Under the pieces are notes generated by a model that had not been told where the DNA came from, did not search any database, and saw nothing but the letters and a program-made list of their open reading frames with translations. Below, piece after piece: positions 51,708 to 62,618 of a DNA stretch of 64,000 nucleotides; the stretch's first letter is position 1; each line of letters opens with the position of its first letter. Location of the stretch: contig JAADVB010000017.1 in NCBI GenBank assembly GCA_023334545.1, positions 68,748-132,747 on the forward strand, read 5' to 3'. The stretch comes from Salisapilia sapeloensis CBS 127946 (taxonomy: Eukaryota > Protista > Oomycota). The position numbers and the translations under genes were made by a program.

Positions 51708-52517
51708 TCATTCGCCTCTTGCGTACACGTAGCAGGCATAGAAAAACACGAGCGTGAAGATCATGCCACCGATGACGATCCAATAGTCCACCGAGTCTCG
51801 ACGGTCGATCACACGCAGGAGACTGTTGGATAGACCGAGGCGACTCGCAATGTCCAAGACTTTCGTTCGAACGCCCTAGATCTTTATCAGCACAGTACTA
51901 GACATAGCAATAGGTAGAACATACTTTCATCCGAGCACGTTGGTCTCCGAGGTCTCCTAAGACTGCTCGAGAGAGATCTGATAGCTCAGATACCATGGTG
52001 GACGATCGCTGAAGCGACTCGGACTCTTGCATGGCGTACATGGCGCTATTACCCTCCATGCCCTATCTTTATAGTGAATACTTGTAGCAATGGGACTAGT
52101 GGATGGGTGTACATTATGTCGACGGTTGAGCAGAGATTCTCGTTCTCTGGCTTCGACTGCACGTCTACTGGCGTGAAAAATGTGCTGCTCGAGGGCAGAG
52201 CCCATCGTCTGCGTCTCATTTCGGAGTTGATCGACTTTCCTATCGTGCATGTGAGATGGAGGGTATGTAGGATATGATTGTGCTAGTTACTTGAGCCAGT
52301 TTTCCTTCTCACTTGCGATCGGGTGCACATGGACGAGGGAGTCGAGTTGCCATACGAGTTGCTCGAGAGCACTTAAGTTCTCTCGTGCTTCACTTTGTAG
52401 CTGCTCGACACTACGTCCGCCTGTACGTCCAGACTCGAGGTAGCTCAGTTGCATCTTGAGCTCGAATTGGAGCTTACGAGCTTGAGGATAGAGCGAGCTG
52501 AGGGACTGCGTCGACAT
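51708..52517 (-). CDS. GOSR2: Golgi Qb-SNARE membrin (GOSR2/Bos1), 219 aa, 4 exons (52517-52291, 52239-52113, 52062-51925, 51875-51708)
   Basis: Spliced product contains EARERESLL, LGDQRARMKGVRTKVLDIASRLGLSNSLLRVIDRR and a C-terminal TM helix. Confidence 0.9.
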
Positions 52518-53709
52518 CTTAATACGGTGCTTTCGTGTCGGAGGATGGTGTAAATGTCAATGATATAGTGGGATCATACTTTTTCCAAGATCACAGTATC
52601 ATACAAATGAGAGCAGGAAACCTGTACTTTATTTGGGTTGATGAGGGTAGATCCATAGACGTAGTGGAATAATATCAAACGGTACGTTTGTACTATGTGT
52701 GATCAATCAAGATATCCCAATAGTGTCAGTGTTGTTGGAGGCTTCTTAGTGACATACTTACCGCTATCATGCGATAAGATTGTAGACACTTTGATATGAG
52801 GTTCCAGGTTTCCTTATACCAAACGAAAGCGATAAGGATTGCATTCAAGATGGACTTTTACGTGAACAAATTCGTATGTATATTCAAAGTAGTGCTTGGA
52901 ATAGAGGATCGCCTCTACCGAGCCAAATTAGACTCTAGATATCCACCTTGTAGATTTCAGATAATATGTTTGAATGGTTACCATAGTAGGTAGCAGCGAA
53001 TGCCAGGATATGCGGAATTAAAGGTAGAGTACAAGTGATTCCGTTTGTGTCCTTTTCGCCATTCGCAAGTAGTCTTGTACGTTTTCAAGTCTCAAAGCGA
53101 ACAAGCGTCTCTACATATAGTCAAAGAAAGCAAATGTGAGCTACGCTTTTCTTCAGAGCTATAAAATTCTTGATTGAGTGCAAGCAAAGCTTGAAGCACT
53201 GTATTCTTCTTTATTCATATCTCCTTATAGTGCACAGTAGTTGATGTTAAGTAGAGCAGGATCTTGGATGTACATATCAATCGAAAATGGATTTCTTATA
53301 TACAATTAAAGGTCTATTTCGTAGCGTCTTATCTACCTAATTAACCTTGATATCTTGTGTGTGCGTCTATTGAAGTGCTATTGCGGGTGTGTCCCAGCAG
53401 CGAAGGTGCTGGCGTACAAAGTGAAAACTAGGATATTAACAATATCGCTATCTGAAGTAGGCAAAACTGGTGTACTAGCCTGTCAGATGCTGCAGCAAGT
53501 TCTTTCATTTTGTACTTGGTAAGATGGAGATAGCTATGTACTAGAAATCAATAACAGGTTACTGTCTTCATGATCAACTTGCAGAAAGATAAAACTTGGT
53601 ATGGCAAGCATATAACATTTGCATCGACTTGAACAGATATGATATTAAACTGTATTCCAATATTGAATTGGATGCGTAGCTAAACGTGGCATTGCTATTT
53701 ATATGAACA

Positions 53710-54991
53710 ATGGGAGCTGCCGCGAGTGATCTCTTTGGCAAATACGCCGATATCCAATATGGCTTTTTGGATTATGAGCTCGACTTTGGAGATAGACTGC
53801 ATATGTCAGCTCAACGTGGTAGGCATCGGATAGTGAGCTTGCTATTGAAGAATGGGATGAATCCGAATGCCCCGCGTGTAAAGGATAAAAATGAAAGCTC
53901 GAATGGCGATACGCCTTTAATATGTGCCGCAAGGTACGCAAAAATCTTTAAGCTGTGTTACTTGTGCTGATGGTATATGACAGGGGAACATTACGAAGTC
54001 AAGGACAAGAAGGCCATTTGAAGTCGATTAAGAGACTTGTCAAGTTTGGAGCTGATGTAAACCTGAGCAACTACCTCGGAGAGACACCATTAAATACTTC
54101 GTGTCAGCAAGGTCTGATACTAGTGTCTCAATTACTACTTCAGAACGGCGCAGACCCGAACAAGTGCTGCAAGGTATCTTACATGGACAAATTGATAGTG
54201 TCGCTAAAGCTGAATGCCGGTTGACATAGGCAGGATACTCACCACTACTGTGGGCTTGCCGGAATCAAAATCTACAGCTAGTGGAACTACTGCTGGAGCA
54301 TGGAGCCAACGTGTTTCGTATTCCACTTGTTCATAGTACTCTCAAGGTAAGATCAACCTTGATGTCGGTAGAAATGCTTATGAGTAACTTTCGGATTTGA
54401 TCAATGTAGCTACCACCACCACCACACGAACAACTTAATCTAGCTTCACCGCCTGAAGAGCACGATGGTAAAGTGGATGTGAAATTAGAGCAGACTGGAA
54501 ATTCTGAAAATAATTTAACAATATCTGAGATCAAGCGGTTGTTGCAGGCAAAAGAGGATGATGAGGTGAATGCGCGAGCAAAGCTACTAGAAGAAATTCA
54601 CGAGGCGAAGTGGCTGGAAGAGCAACGAAAATATCGAGAAAAAGAAAAGAATCGGATTGCAAGACAAATCAAGCAACGACGAGAGAGAAGGGCTCGTTCA
54701 AAGTATCATGAATATCTCACGGCAGATGGCCAGATTCGACCACACCTTCTCCAAAGAAAATCTTTTGATTTGCAGTTCATGATGAATGAAAATGGGAGCA
54801 GTCAATTACAAAATAGTAAGCGAATGTTATGGGAAAAGCATGAAAGGAAAGGTGGAGACACGCGATGGAAACCTAGAGTACTACCTCTTCAGCAAGCTTC
54901 TAGCCCGAGACAGCCATTGACCCATGCAGATCAACTTTTGAATGCTTGTGAAACGATGATGAAGGAGTTTCGAATAAAGCCGTCGGAATGA
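53710..54991 (+). CDS. Ankyrin-repeat protein with charged coiled-coil tail, 370 aa, 4 exons (53710-53933, 53984-54173, 54230-54346, 54410-54991)
   Basis: GDTPLICAAR, GETPLNTSC, GYSPLLWAC repeats; introns of 50, 56 and 63 nt. Confidence 0.82.
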
Positions 54992-55093
54992 AACCAGTCT
55001 ATTTCAATATCTATGAAACCCCCAGTCTTGTGAAGCTTTCCTATCAGTTGTCGTTAAGACTTTTATCTTTATCGCTTTCGTACTACGCATCCC

Positions 55094-56036
55094 ATGTCAG
55101 CGCTAAATCAAAGCCACCAAGAAGAGGTTTGCATGCATTATTACCATGCTATACGACTGAAAAGTATTTAGCTCATATATTGCATAGCTCCACCGCTTCT
55201 TAAAGTTCTTTCGTTCGCGATTGAATACACATCTTGGGAACGTCGAAGGTGACTTTGAAGATACTCGCTGCGATCGGTACTCTCTACAGTTTATATTACA
55301 AGGAAATGATTCTAATGCGTGAACGAAGGCTCTCGTCGGACGATGTCTACAGCCAAGAGGAGATCAAGGTCGTCTTAACATCCTTGTGCTCCGCAGTTAA
55401 AGTATCCGAAGTTGCTATCAAGTGATTGATAAAGGTATTAAGTGATCTTGTAGTCCAATGTTCGAAGTGAATTGCAAGACACGATTAATATGATGGCCTT
55501 GCTCCTTCGCCAAGTCTTTAGTACAGCAGAAGAGAATGTGAGTTTAATCGTTTCGTACAGCCCAGCTCATACCTGATGAACTTGTACAGAAACTGACATT
55601 GGAACTGGACATTGGTACCGTGGAAGATCGAGAGATGCTCGAACGAGTGGAACGTTTGAGTGTGTCGGAGTGGGCAGCACAAGGACTATCATCATCAAAG
55701 ACCAAGACTGTGTCTAACGAGAGAAGCGCGAAACAACGAGAGGATGAGGTTCGACTGGCACTGCATACGTCTGAAAAGGAGCAAGAGGAGAAGAACAAAG
55801 AGATCAAGAAACTGCGACGTCAGCTTGAGAAATCGCGGGACCGCGTGGCGGAGCTGGAGAACACGGTTGGCGAGTATCAACAGCACGTGACACAGACGAA
55901 GCAATTCCAAGCGCTGAAACAGCTCGTTGCACAGAAGAATGATCAGCTACGAGACGCTCGAGCGAGGCTACAGCGTTATGAACGAGACGAAGATGAGAAC
56001 GATATGGAAGATGACGATGGCAAGAGTAGCGATTAG
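55094..56036 (+). CDS. LZTFL1: LZTFL1 (BBS17) homolog, 241 aa, 5 exons (55094-55126, 55188-55276, 55329-55401, 55454-55537, 55590-56036)
   Basis: Spliced LNQSHQEELHRFLKFFRSR, ALLLRQVFSTAE, LDIGTVEDREMLERV and QTKQFQALKQLVAQKNDQLRDARARLQRYE match LZTFL1 blocks. Confidence 0.85.
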
Positions 56037-56206
56037 ACCGCAAACGCCTAAAAAATAGGAGCACAATGTCTTCCTCATTTGTTTGTCTCCTGTATTGAAG
56101 GTTCCATTACGGATCTTCTATAGCAGCAGATAACTCTGTATCCACGCCAGCACATATCGATCGTCTCCAGAAAGAGACTGGCGATCGATCGGGAATGGCA
56201 GTGGGC

Positions 56207-56487
56207 TTACAGACCGAGCTTGGTACGACGCCAGTGGCGACGCTTCATGTTGAACCTATTCGAGCATATATGTCAATATTGATGCAGTAGGTCGATGATA
56301 TCGTCAGCACATACTTGATCGTGTTGCCCGTGCGCATACGGATCCACTGAGGAACCGGACGGTTCTGCTTAAGCTTCTTGGAGAGAATGCGCTTCGTACG
56401 GAAAGTCTTTTGCGACGGCTACAAGAGGAACATGTATTAGACACAGGGGTTCACATGTACATTCATCACATGTAGACTACGCACCAT
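56207..56487 (-). CDS. RPL39: 60S ribosomal protein eL39, 51 aa, 3 exons (56487-56485, 56418-56315, 56255-56207)
   Basis: M|[35 protein letters not shown]|[15 protein letters not shown]. Confidence 0.97.
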
Positions 56488-56790
56488 GGTGGTCCAGTAA
56501 GTGCGACTGAATTGAGGAAGTACTTGGTTTGGATGGACGACAGGTTTTGGCTGGCGGAGACTGGTTATGCTCTATTTATATGGACCAATCATTAAGTGTA
56601 TATAGTAAAATAGGACGATTGCGGATGTAAATTTATGACAAATGGACTTGTAGGTTGATGGATTTTTAGCATCAAATCATACCAAGTGGGTTCATTCTCT
56701 AGTAGCTCCCATCCCAAGTCCATTGTAGCAAGTCGAACTCTTCCTAGCGTATCCTGAACTTTGCATATTTCAGTCAGTACTTGGTTTGCC

Positions 56791-59700
56791 ATGCCACACG
56801 AGACAGATCACTCGGATGATACACATCAGCCTGATAACGACACTCGGGATGATAGCAGTCCACGTACCTATCCATCCGATACAGCGACTACGAATTCCCA
56901 GCTTAGTCATAACAAGAGCAGCTCCAACTCTGGTCAATCTTTGCCTCATGAAGACTCTTCTCTCTCTCTCTCGAACTCGTTTATTGACGTCGAGCGAGAG
57001 CGAGATCGGCCACCAACCTCACAGCCTCGTAAAGCCTCGAGCACCAAGAAACGCCGTGGGTCTGTGCTTTCTCAAGGCTCGAATAATCTTCGGGATACGT
57101 TCTTTGGCGCGAAGAAACCTGATCCATTGGCCACCTCTGCACAGGAAGAGTTTGATTTAACTGTCATCGATGAACGTGGTGGGATGAGCGAAACGATTGC
57201 GCAGATACTAGCTCCAGACTTACGATTCCATCACTGGTCTCGAGCCGGATATAGTGTGACGGCCTTTGGCTGCATCTCTTTCATCGTCACGTATTCCTTG
57301 GCACTAGGCGTTGATCATGTTGGTGCGTACTATCCAGACCCAGGCTTCATCTTCGGTTCGCTCTTGACTCTGCTCACAGGAGCCGTCGTCTTTGTCACGT
57401 ACGTCGGTGTCCAGAATTTCCAAGCTCATCCAAATCCGCTCATCTACTACAAGTGTGTGATTGACATCCTTCTTGCCTTGCGTTTCATCTTCGATCCTTT
57501 GCTGCATACCATGGGCGTGTATAGAGCTCGTCGAGATGGTTACGATAATGACCACACTTGCAGCATGCTATCTGGTGTCACTCAATTCCTTCTATTCGCA
57601 AGCGAAGGATGGTATTTCATGCTCATCTTCGATCTCTATCGATCACTTCGCAATCCATTTACAAGTGTCAAAGGAGAGAGATTCAAGTATAAGATCGCAG
57701 TGTATACTACAGGAGGTTTTCTCGGTCTTCTCGTAGCGTATATCCCCGGCGCTCATGGCTTTGCCGACGGAAACTTTTGCTGGACAGATCGTGGCGCAGA
57801 AGATGCCGATGAACGATCTTTCTTTGACTTGAACCTTGCCAATTGGCTCTTCTTCTACAGTTGGATCATGCTCTTTTACATTGCAGGTATAAGCGTATTA
57901 CTCTTCGGTGTTAAACGCCTTCGATCTGGTCTTCGAGATACTTTAGATGCTCGGAAAGACATGCTCCGGAACGGTGCGATTAGTATCACGAGCTTTACGT
58001 TCTACTGGACTATCGTCTTCATCTGGTATGCTGTTTCGTTTGACTCTCGAGCCAAGTACGGTGGAGAGCAAAGAGACAAGCCTTCGGATGCCATCTTTCG
58101 AACGTACTCATACCTCGTTGGTGGTCGTGGTATCGTTGACTACTTTGTCTGGTTCATGGTCAATCGCCCCGCGAATATTCGTGACGGATGGCTACGCTTC
58201 TCCTCCGAATCTGTCGATCGCAAATTTAGTGCTCAATTGAATCCAGCGCTTCAGCGAGAACTCATCTACTTTACGGTGGAAGGCATGAACAAGGCTGTTC
58301 GACATGCCGAAGACACGTTAGTAGCCAGTCGGAACCAGTCTCCACCGCATGAGACGGAAGACCGTCGAATTGATATAAACGGTTTAGACACAGAGACGAT
58401 GCTGCATAAGAGAGGATCGAAGCGAGAGCAGTTCCTTCGTTCCGTAAGTGGTTTAGTCGGTTTAAAATGGCGCAAAGTATCGTCGACTGGACAAGGCATC
58501 GCTGAGAAGTCAGCGTTAGCGAATGAAATTCGCTTCACGACGTATAAACCAAAGTTATTTGCAGAACTCCGATCTGCTCATGGCATTCAAGCCGAAGCTT
58601 TTGAAAAGTCTTTTCAATCAAGTACTAAACCAAAGATTAGTGAAGGTGCAAGTGGTGCTTTCTTATTCTATAGTGGCGACAAAAAGTTTCTCGTCAAGAG
58701 TTTAGACGAGAACGAATGTCGTTTTCTTAATGAAATCGCGGAAGAGTATGTAGATTACTTGATTCGCAGTCCATGGTCGTATATTACCAAGTTCTACGGA
58801 TGCTTTAAAATCACTTTCGCGGATAAAGAGTTCTACTTTGCCGTCATGGAAAACCTCTTTGGAGCGGATGTACCTGGTATGCAAGTACATCATCGATATG
58901 ACATTAAAGGATCGTGGGTCAATCGTAGTTATAAACGACCTCGTCGTGGTGCGATGGTCAAGTGTCGTCATTGCTCGATGAAGTTCAAATACGGTGGAAG
59001 GAAAATGAAGCTCAGGTGTCCACATGTCGTTGGCGTGCATGAACCAAACGTCGTGTTAAAGGATAATGACTTGCACACACGCATGCGATTGGGAGACAAG
59101 GCTGGAAAAGAATTGTTTGATAGTTTAAGGGAAGACTCGCTCTTCCTGTGTCAGTTAGGGATCATGGACTATAGTCTGCTCTTGGGTGTCATGGACATTG
59201 AGTTCGACGTTGATGATCCTACTTCGAATCGAGGGAAGGACTTTAGTGCACAGGAAGCAGAGGAGAAGGATCCGGAATTGAGAGAGACTCTAGAGAATCG
59301 AGACATTAGAGCGAGTACAGAAGCACGACTAAGTTACGGCAACAGCTACTCGACCCTCCAGCAGGTGAGTGGAGAGACAGAAGAAGCAAAGGAAGAGTCG
59401 AATCCATTGGCAATGTCTCGTCATCCATCTCCGATGGATACGTCGGACCGGTCGGCATCATCTTTAGTCAAGAGCAAACGTGTGTTTGGACCAGCCTTGT
59501 ATTACGTTGGTATCATCGATATCCTCCAGACGTGGAGCTGGCAGAAACGTTGCGAAAGGTTTTATAAAGTGCATGTGGAACGTCAGGACCCAGATGGTGT
59601 GTCTGCAATCGATCCTATCAGCTACCAAAGACGCTTTGAAGCGAAACTAAGGGACGTGATTGCACTTCCGAAGCGTCATGCTAAGTCCAAACCAAAGCTA

Positions 59701-59943
59701 AAGTTTACTGGGTCATCGTCACGACGGTCGCGAGAGTCGAATGAGACGTCACGCACGAGTGCTTCGAGAGAAGGCAACCAGTTTCCATCGGATAGTGAAG
59801 GTCTGTCGTCCTCCGAGTCCCTCCCACTTGAGAACGACATGGATCTCATCGAACGCTCGACACGTAATCCAGAACCGATCCTCATGCAGTTCAGTCAAAA
59901 GCTCCTTCGAGCGTCTCACTCGGCCCCATCCGACTTTATGTAG
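56791..59943 (+). CDS. GPCR-PIPK fusion (7TM receptor plus phosphatidylinositol-phosphate kinase), 1050 aa
   Basis: Receptor-like hydrophobic helices with a CW extracellular-loop motif, then PIPK motifs GASGAF, FLVK, MENLF, YDIKGS, LKDND, MDYSLLLG, GIIDILQ. Confidence 0.95.
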   Translation: MPHETDHSDDTHQPDNDTRDDSSPRTYPSDTATTNSQLSHNKSSSNSGQSLPHEDSSLSLSNSFIDVERERDRPPTSQPRKASSTKKRRGSVLSQGSNNLRDTFFGAKKPDPLATSAQEEFDLTVIDERGGMSETIAQILAPDLRFHHWSRAGYSVTAFGCISFIVTYSLALGVDHVGAYYPDPGFIFGSLLTLLTGAVVFVTYVGVQNFQAHPNPLIYYKCVIDILLALRFIFDPLLHTMGVYRARRDGYDNDHTCSMLSGVTQFLLFASEGWYFMLIFDLYRSLRNPFTSVKGERFKYKIAVYTTGGFLGLLVAYIPGAHGFADGNFCWTDRGAEDADERSFFDLNLANWLFFYSWIMLFYIAGISVLLFGVKRLRSGLRDTLDARKDMLRNGAISITSFTFYWTIVFIWYAVSFDSRAKYGGEQRDKPSDAIFRTYSYLVGGRGIVDYFVWFMVNRPANIRDGWLRFSSESVDRKFSAQLNPALQRELIYFTVEGMNKAVRHAEDTLVASRNQSPPHETEDRRIDINGLDTETMLHKRGSKREQFLRSVSGLVGLKWRKVSSTGQGIAEKSALANEIRFTTYKPKLFAELRSAHGIQAEAFEKSFQSSTKPKISEGASGAFLFYSGDKKFLVKSLDENECRFLNEIAEEYVDYLIRSPWSYITKFYGCFKITFADKEFYFAVMENLFGADVPGMQVHHRYDIKGSWVNRSYKRPRRGAMVKCRHCSMKFKYGGRKMKLRCPHVVGVHEPNVVLKDNDLHTRMRLGDKAGKELFDSLREDSLFLCQLGIMDYSLLLGVMDIEFDVDDPTSNRGKDFSAQEAEEKDPELRETLENRDIRASTEARLSYGNSYSTLQQVSGETEEAKEESNPLAMSRHPSPMDTSDRSASSLVKSKRVFGPALYYVGIIDILQTWSWQKRCERFYKVHVERQDPDGVSAIDPISYQRRFEAKLRDVIALPKRHAKSKPKLKFTGSSSRRSRESNETSRTSASREGNQFPSDSEGLSSSESLPLENDMDLIERSTRNPEPILMQFSQKLLRASHSAPSDFM

Positions 59944-60079
59944 ACTCTATAAACCAATGTATGCTCGAGTGCCAACCTTTCTTGTCTACATTTATTTCTG
60001 CTTGGACGACAGACATTCCGTATAGGCAAGAAAAGTATTTCGTTTTATTACGAAGGATTCGAACGCAAGACTGGATCAT

Positions 60080-61186
60080 CTACGCCTGTGCCGGGTCCGT
60101 GTCCTTGTCCAGGTAGTCCCGGTCAAAGTGGTGGATACGAACGTATCCGTCTTCTGCACCACTCGCGTAACTCTTTCCGTCCGGATGGAACGCGATGGTG
60201 TTAATCGGACCGAAGTGTCCTTTTACACGACCAAATTCTTCCTGCAGAACCATGTCAAAGAAACGAGCTTCGAACTTGCCGACACGACCAGACGTTGTCG
60301 TCACACTCATGGCTTCCTGTCCACCTCCCAAGACAACATGCTCCTTTGTCGGGGAAATGGCGGCCGAGTTCACCGGACGATCAGTCTCGTATGTCTTCAC
60401 GACCTTGAGCGTCTGGACGTCCAAGAGCTTCGCCGTGTTGTCTTTCGACGAAGTGATGGCCAGCGTCTTGGTCTTGTTGAACGTCACGTTCGTGATCTCA
60501 CCTGTGTGAATCTCCTGCGAATCGAGACACTCGCCAGTCTATAAGAAGGTGGATGAGTGATGTACCACAATCGTACTAGCTAGGTGTCGTACCTTGGGAT
60601 CGAAGAGCTTGATGCAACCATCGCTGCCGGTGGTCATGATCGACTTGTTCAGAGGCATCCAGTAGGCTCCTGTGATTTTGCCTTCGTGACCATGGTCGCG
60701 AATAGCCAAAACAGGCTCCGACGATTCTATAGACGATACATGAGTATGAATAGGAAGGTGATAATGGTACAAAGAGCGTGTCGTACGGTCTTGGATGTTG
60801 TCAGCAAGTTCATACACAAAGACAGCAGCAGGATTGGAAGTAAATTTGTCCGCGACGCATACAAAGTACTTGTCACCGGTGCTGAAGTTGACACTCCTGC
60901 CTGGACCCGTGAGGTCGAACGAAAAGAGCTCTTCACCTGTACCAGCACGCCAGAGCTTCACGGTGCAGTCAGCAGCAGCCGTGAGCAAGTACTCAGAGTG
61001 GTACGAGATGTCACAGGCCCACGTAGCACCCGTGTGGCCGTTGTACGTGCCAATGCGCTCCCCCGTGTCACTGTACCAGACACACGGCTGGTGGTCCTTT
61101 GCGCACGAGAAGAGAAGGTCACCATCACGATTGTACTTGATCATCGTGATGGATCGCGAGTGGCCTTTGAGCAGAATCGGGCGCAT
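60080..61186 (-). CDS. EIF3I: Translation initiation factor eIF3 subunit I, 330 aa, 3 exons (61186-60787, 60726-60593, 60538-60080)
   Basis: [62 protein letters not shown]. Confidence 0.97.
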
Positions 61187-61225
61187 GGTAGATAGAGATA
61201 GATCGAAGAGAAGAAGCTCGAGATG

Positions 61226-61306
61226 GATTGGAGCTCCAAGTGTCGACTGGCTAAGAAAGTCATCTCATATGATTGGTAGATATACATGTTAAAGACAAGT
61301 GATTGG
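61226..61306. promoter_or_regulatory. Three GATTGG (reverse CCAAT) boxes in the bidirectional eIF3i / FAM185A-like promoter
   Basis: GATTGG at 61226, 61271 and 61301 in the 181-bp gap between divergent ATGs. Confidence 0.5.
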
Positions 61307-61367
61307 ATGATTTGATTTCTGTGACGGTGACATGTGCGCACTCGGATCGAGAGATAAAATAAATAAA

Positions 61368-62618
61368 ATGCAAAGAATTGGTCGTGGAGCATGGAGGCGA
61401 GGGCGATGGTGGCAACAAGTTCGACGGATGATGAGTACTACTACATTCCAAGAGGTACAGAAAGTGCCGTTGAGTAAGCTAGCTCATCAAGGAAAAGTCA
61501 AGTTACAAGTAGCCGACAGCGCTGTCACGACTGTCCAAGTGATTCCGACATTAAGCTCCGATGAATTTGCACTTCATGTGCTCTGTCCAGAAGGAAATGC
61601 TCTTAGCAAAGACCTTTTTGAAGTACAGGAGGAACATAGCCAAGCGCAGGATGACTCTAGCAAAGACGATATCCAATCCGTCCGCATCACCAACTCGGGT
61701 CCTCTAGCCGACATGCCGATCCAAATGAAGCTAGTGCTTCCTCATCTCGTAGATATGGACTTTTCCATCGTTAAAGGAAGTGTGGACTTGGAGGGTAAAT
61801 TTGAAGGCAATGCAAAGGTCGTTCTCGGCAGCGGTGACATTGCTGTCGACAAAATCCGAGGAACGAACGTTAGTTTCAAAACCAAAGATGGACAGATTAG
61901 AGCCAAGTCGCTCATTGAAGGAGAGAACGTTACGTTAGCTTCCAAAGGCATCACATGCAAAAGACTCATGGCTGCCGATTGTGACATTAAAATCGGCAAA
62001 GGAGCACTCGACACATCCTTTGGTGCCATCTACACGTCCACTTGTTCGATTAACACCGAGTCCAGTGGATCCTTTGACGTCGATAACGCACATGGGTATC
62101 TCCGAGTGACTGCAGAAGATCTAGCAAGTGCCAGTGTCCATAGCGTCAGTGGGACGTTGGACCTACAGGACAGTGGTGATCGTTGCAAAGCCATCGTACA
62201 TTTCGATTCCGTGCCGTTTAATTCTCGAAGTAGTATCCACGTTGGTGGAGATGTCCAAGTGTCAGTATCGCCTACGACGTCAGAAATGGAGGTTGAGTGC
62301 CACGGTGCTCAAGTGGAAACTAGCTCATGCAATTTCTACGAGAGCAACGTCGAGGAGCTCGATGAAGACTACCACGTTTTCCATGGCTCTTTACGCACTG
62401 AAGCAACAAGTAATGCTAACAGTGGCGCGTCTGGTAAAATCAACGTTGACGGTGCGAAGGAATCTGCGATGCGCACATCCTTCTTTATGACGGATGCACA
62501 GGACGCTGATGAGGGTGAGTGGAAACCTCGCCTAATTGCACATTCCACGCGTGGTAACGTCGTTCTGGAGCAACTTGACTGGATGGCGAAACTCAAGCGC
62601 CGTCACTTGCAAAAGTAA
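61368..62618 (+). CDS. FAM185A-like mitochondrial protein with DUF4097-type beta-strand repeats, 416 aa
   Basis: R/W-rich presequence; repeated GxI/V beta motifs (GSGDIAV, TKDGQI, VGGDVQV); C-terminal GNVVLEQLDWMAKLK. Confidence 0.7.
   Translation: MQRIGRGAWRRGRWWQQVRRMMSTTTFQEVQKVPLSKLAHQGKVKLQVADSAVTTVQVIPTLSSDEFALHVLCPEGNALSKDLFEVQEEHSQAQDDSSKDDIQSVRITNSGPLADMPIQMKLVLPHLVDMDFSIVKGSVDLEGKFEGNAKVVLGSGDIAVDKIRGTNVSFKTKDGQIRAKSLIEGENVTLASKGITCKRLMAADCDIKIGKGALDTSFGAIYTSTCSINTESSGSFDVDNAHGYLRVTAEDLASASVHSVSGTLDLQDSGDRCKAIVHFDSVPFNSRSSIHVGGDVQVSVSPTTSEMEVECHGAQVETSSCNFYESNVEELDEDYHVFHGSLRTEATSNANSGASGKINVDGAKESAMRTSFFMTDAQDADEGEWKPRLIAHSTRGNVVLEQLDWMAKLKRRHLQK

Noticed and set aside
53984-54010. 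Eight extra residues (GTLRSQGQ) inside an ankyrin repeat
   Set aside because: Could be a tolerated loop or a mis-picked acceptor; cannot be resolved without cDNA.
56156-56189. ATCGATCG...CGATCGAT hairpin in the RPL39 3' region
   Set aside because: The arms are built from the self-complementary ATCGAT/CGATCG words that are common in this genome; there is no covariation evidence.
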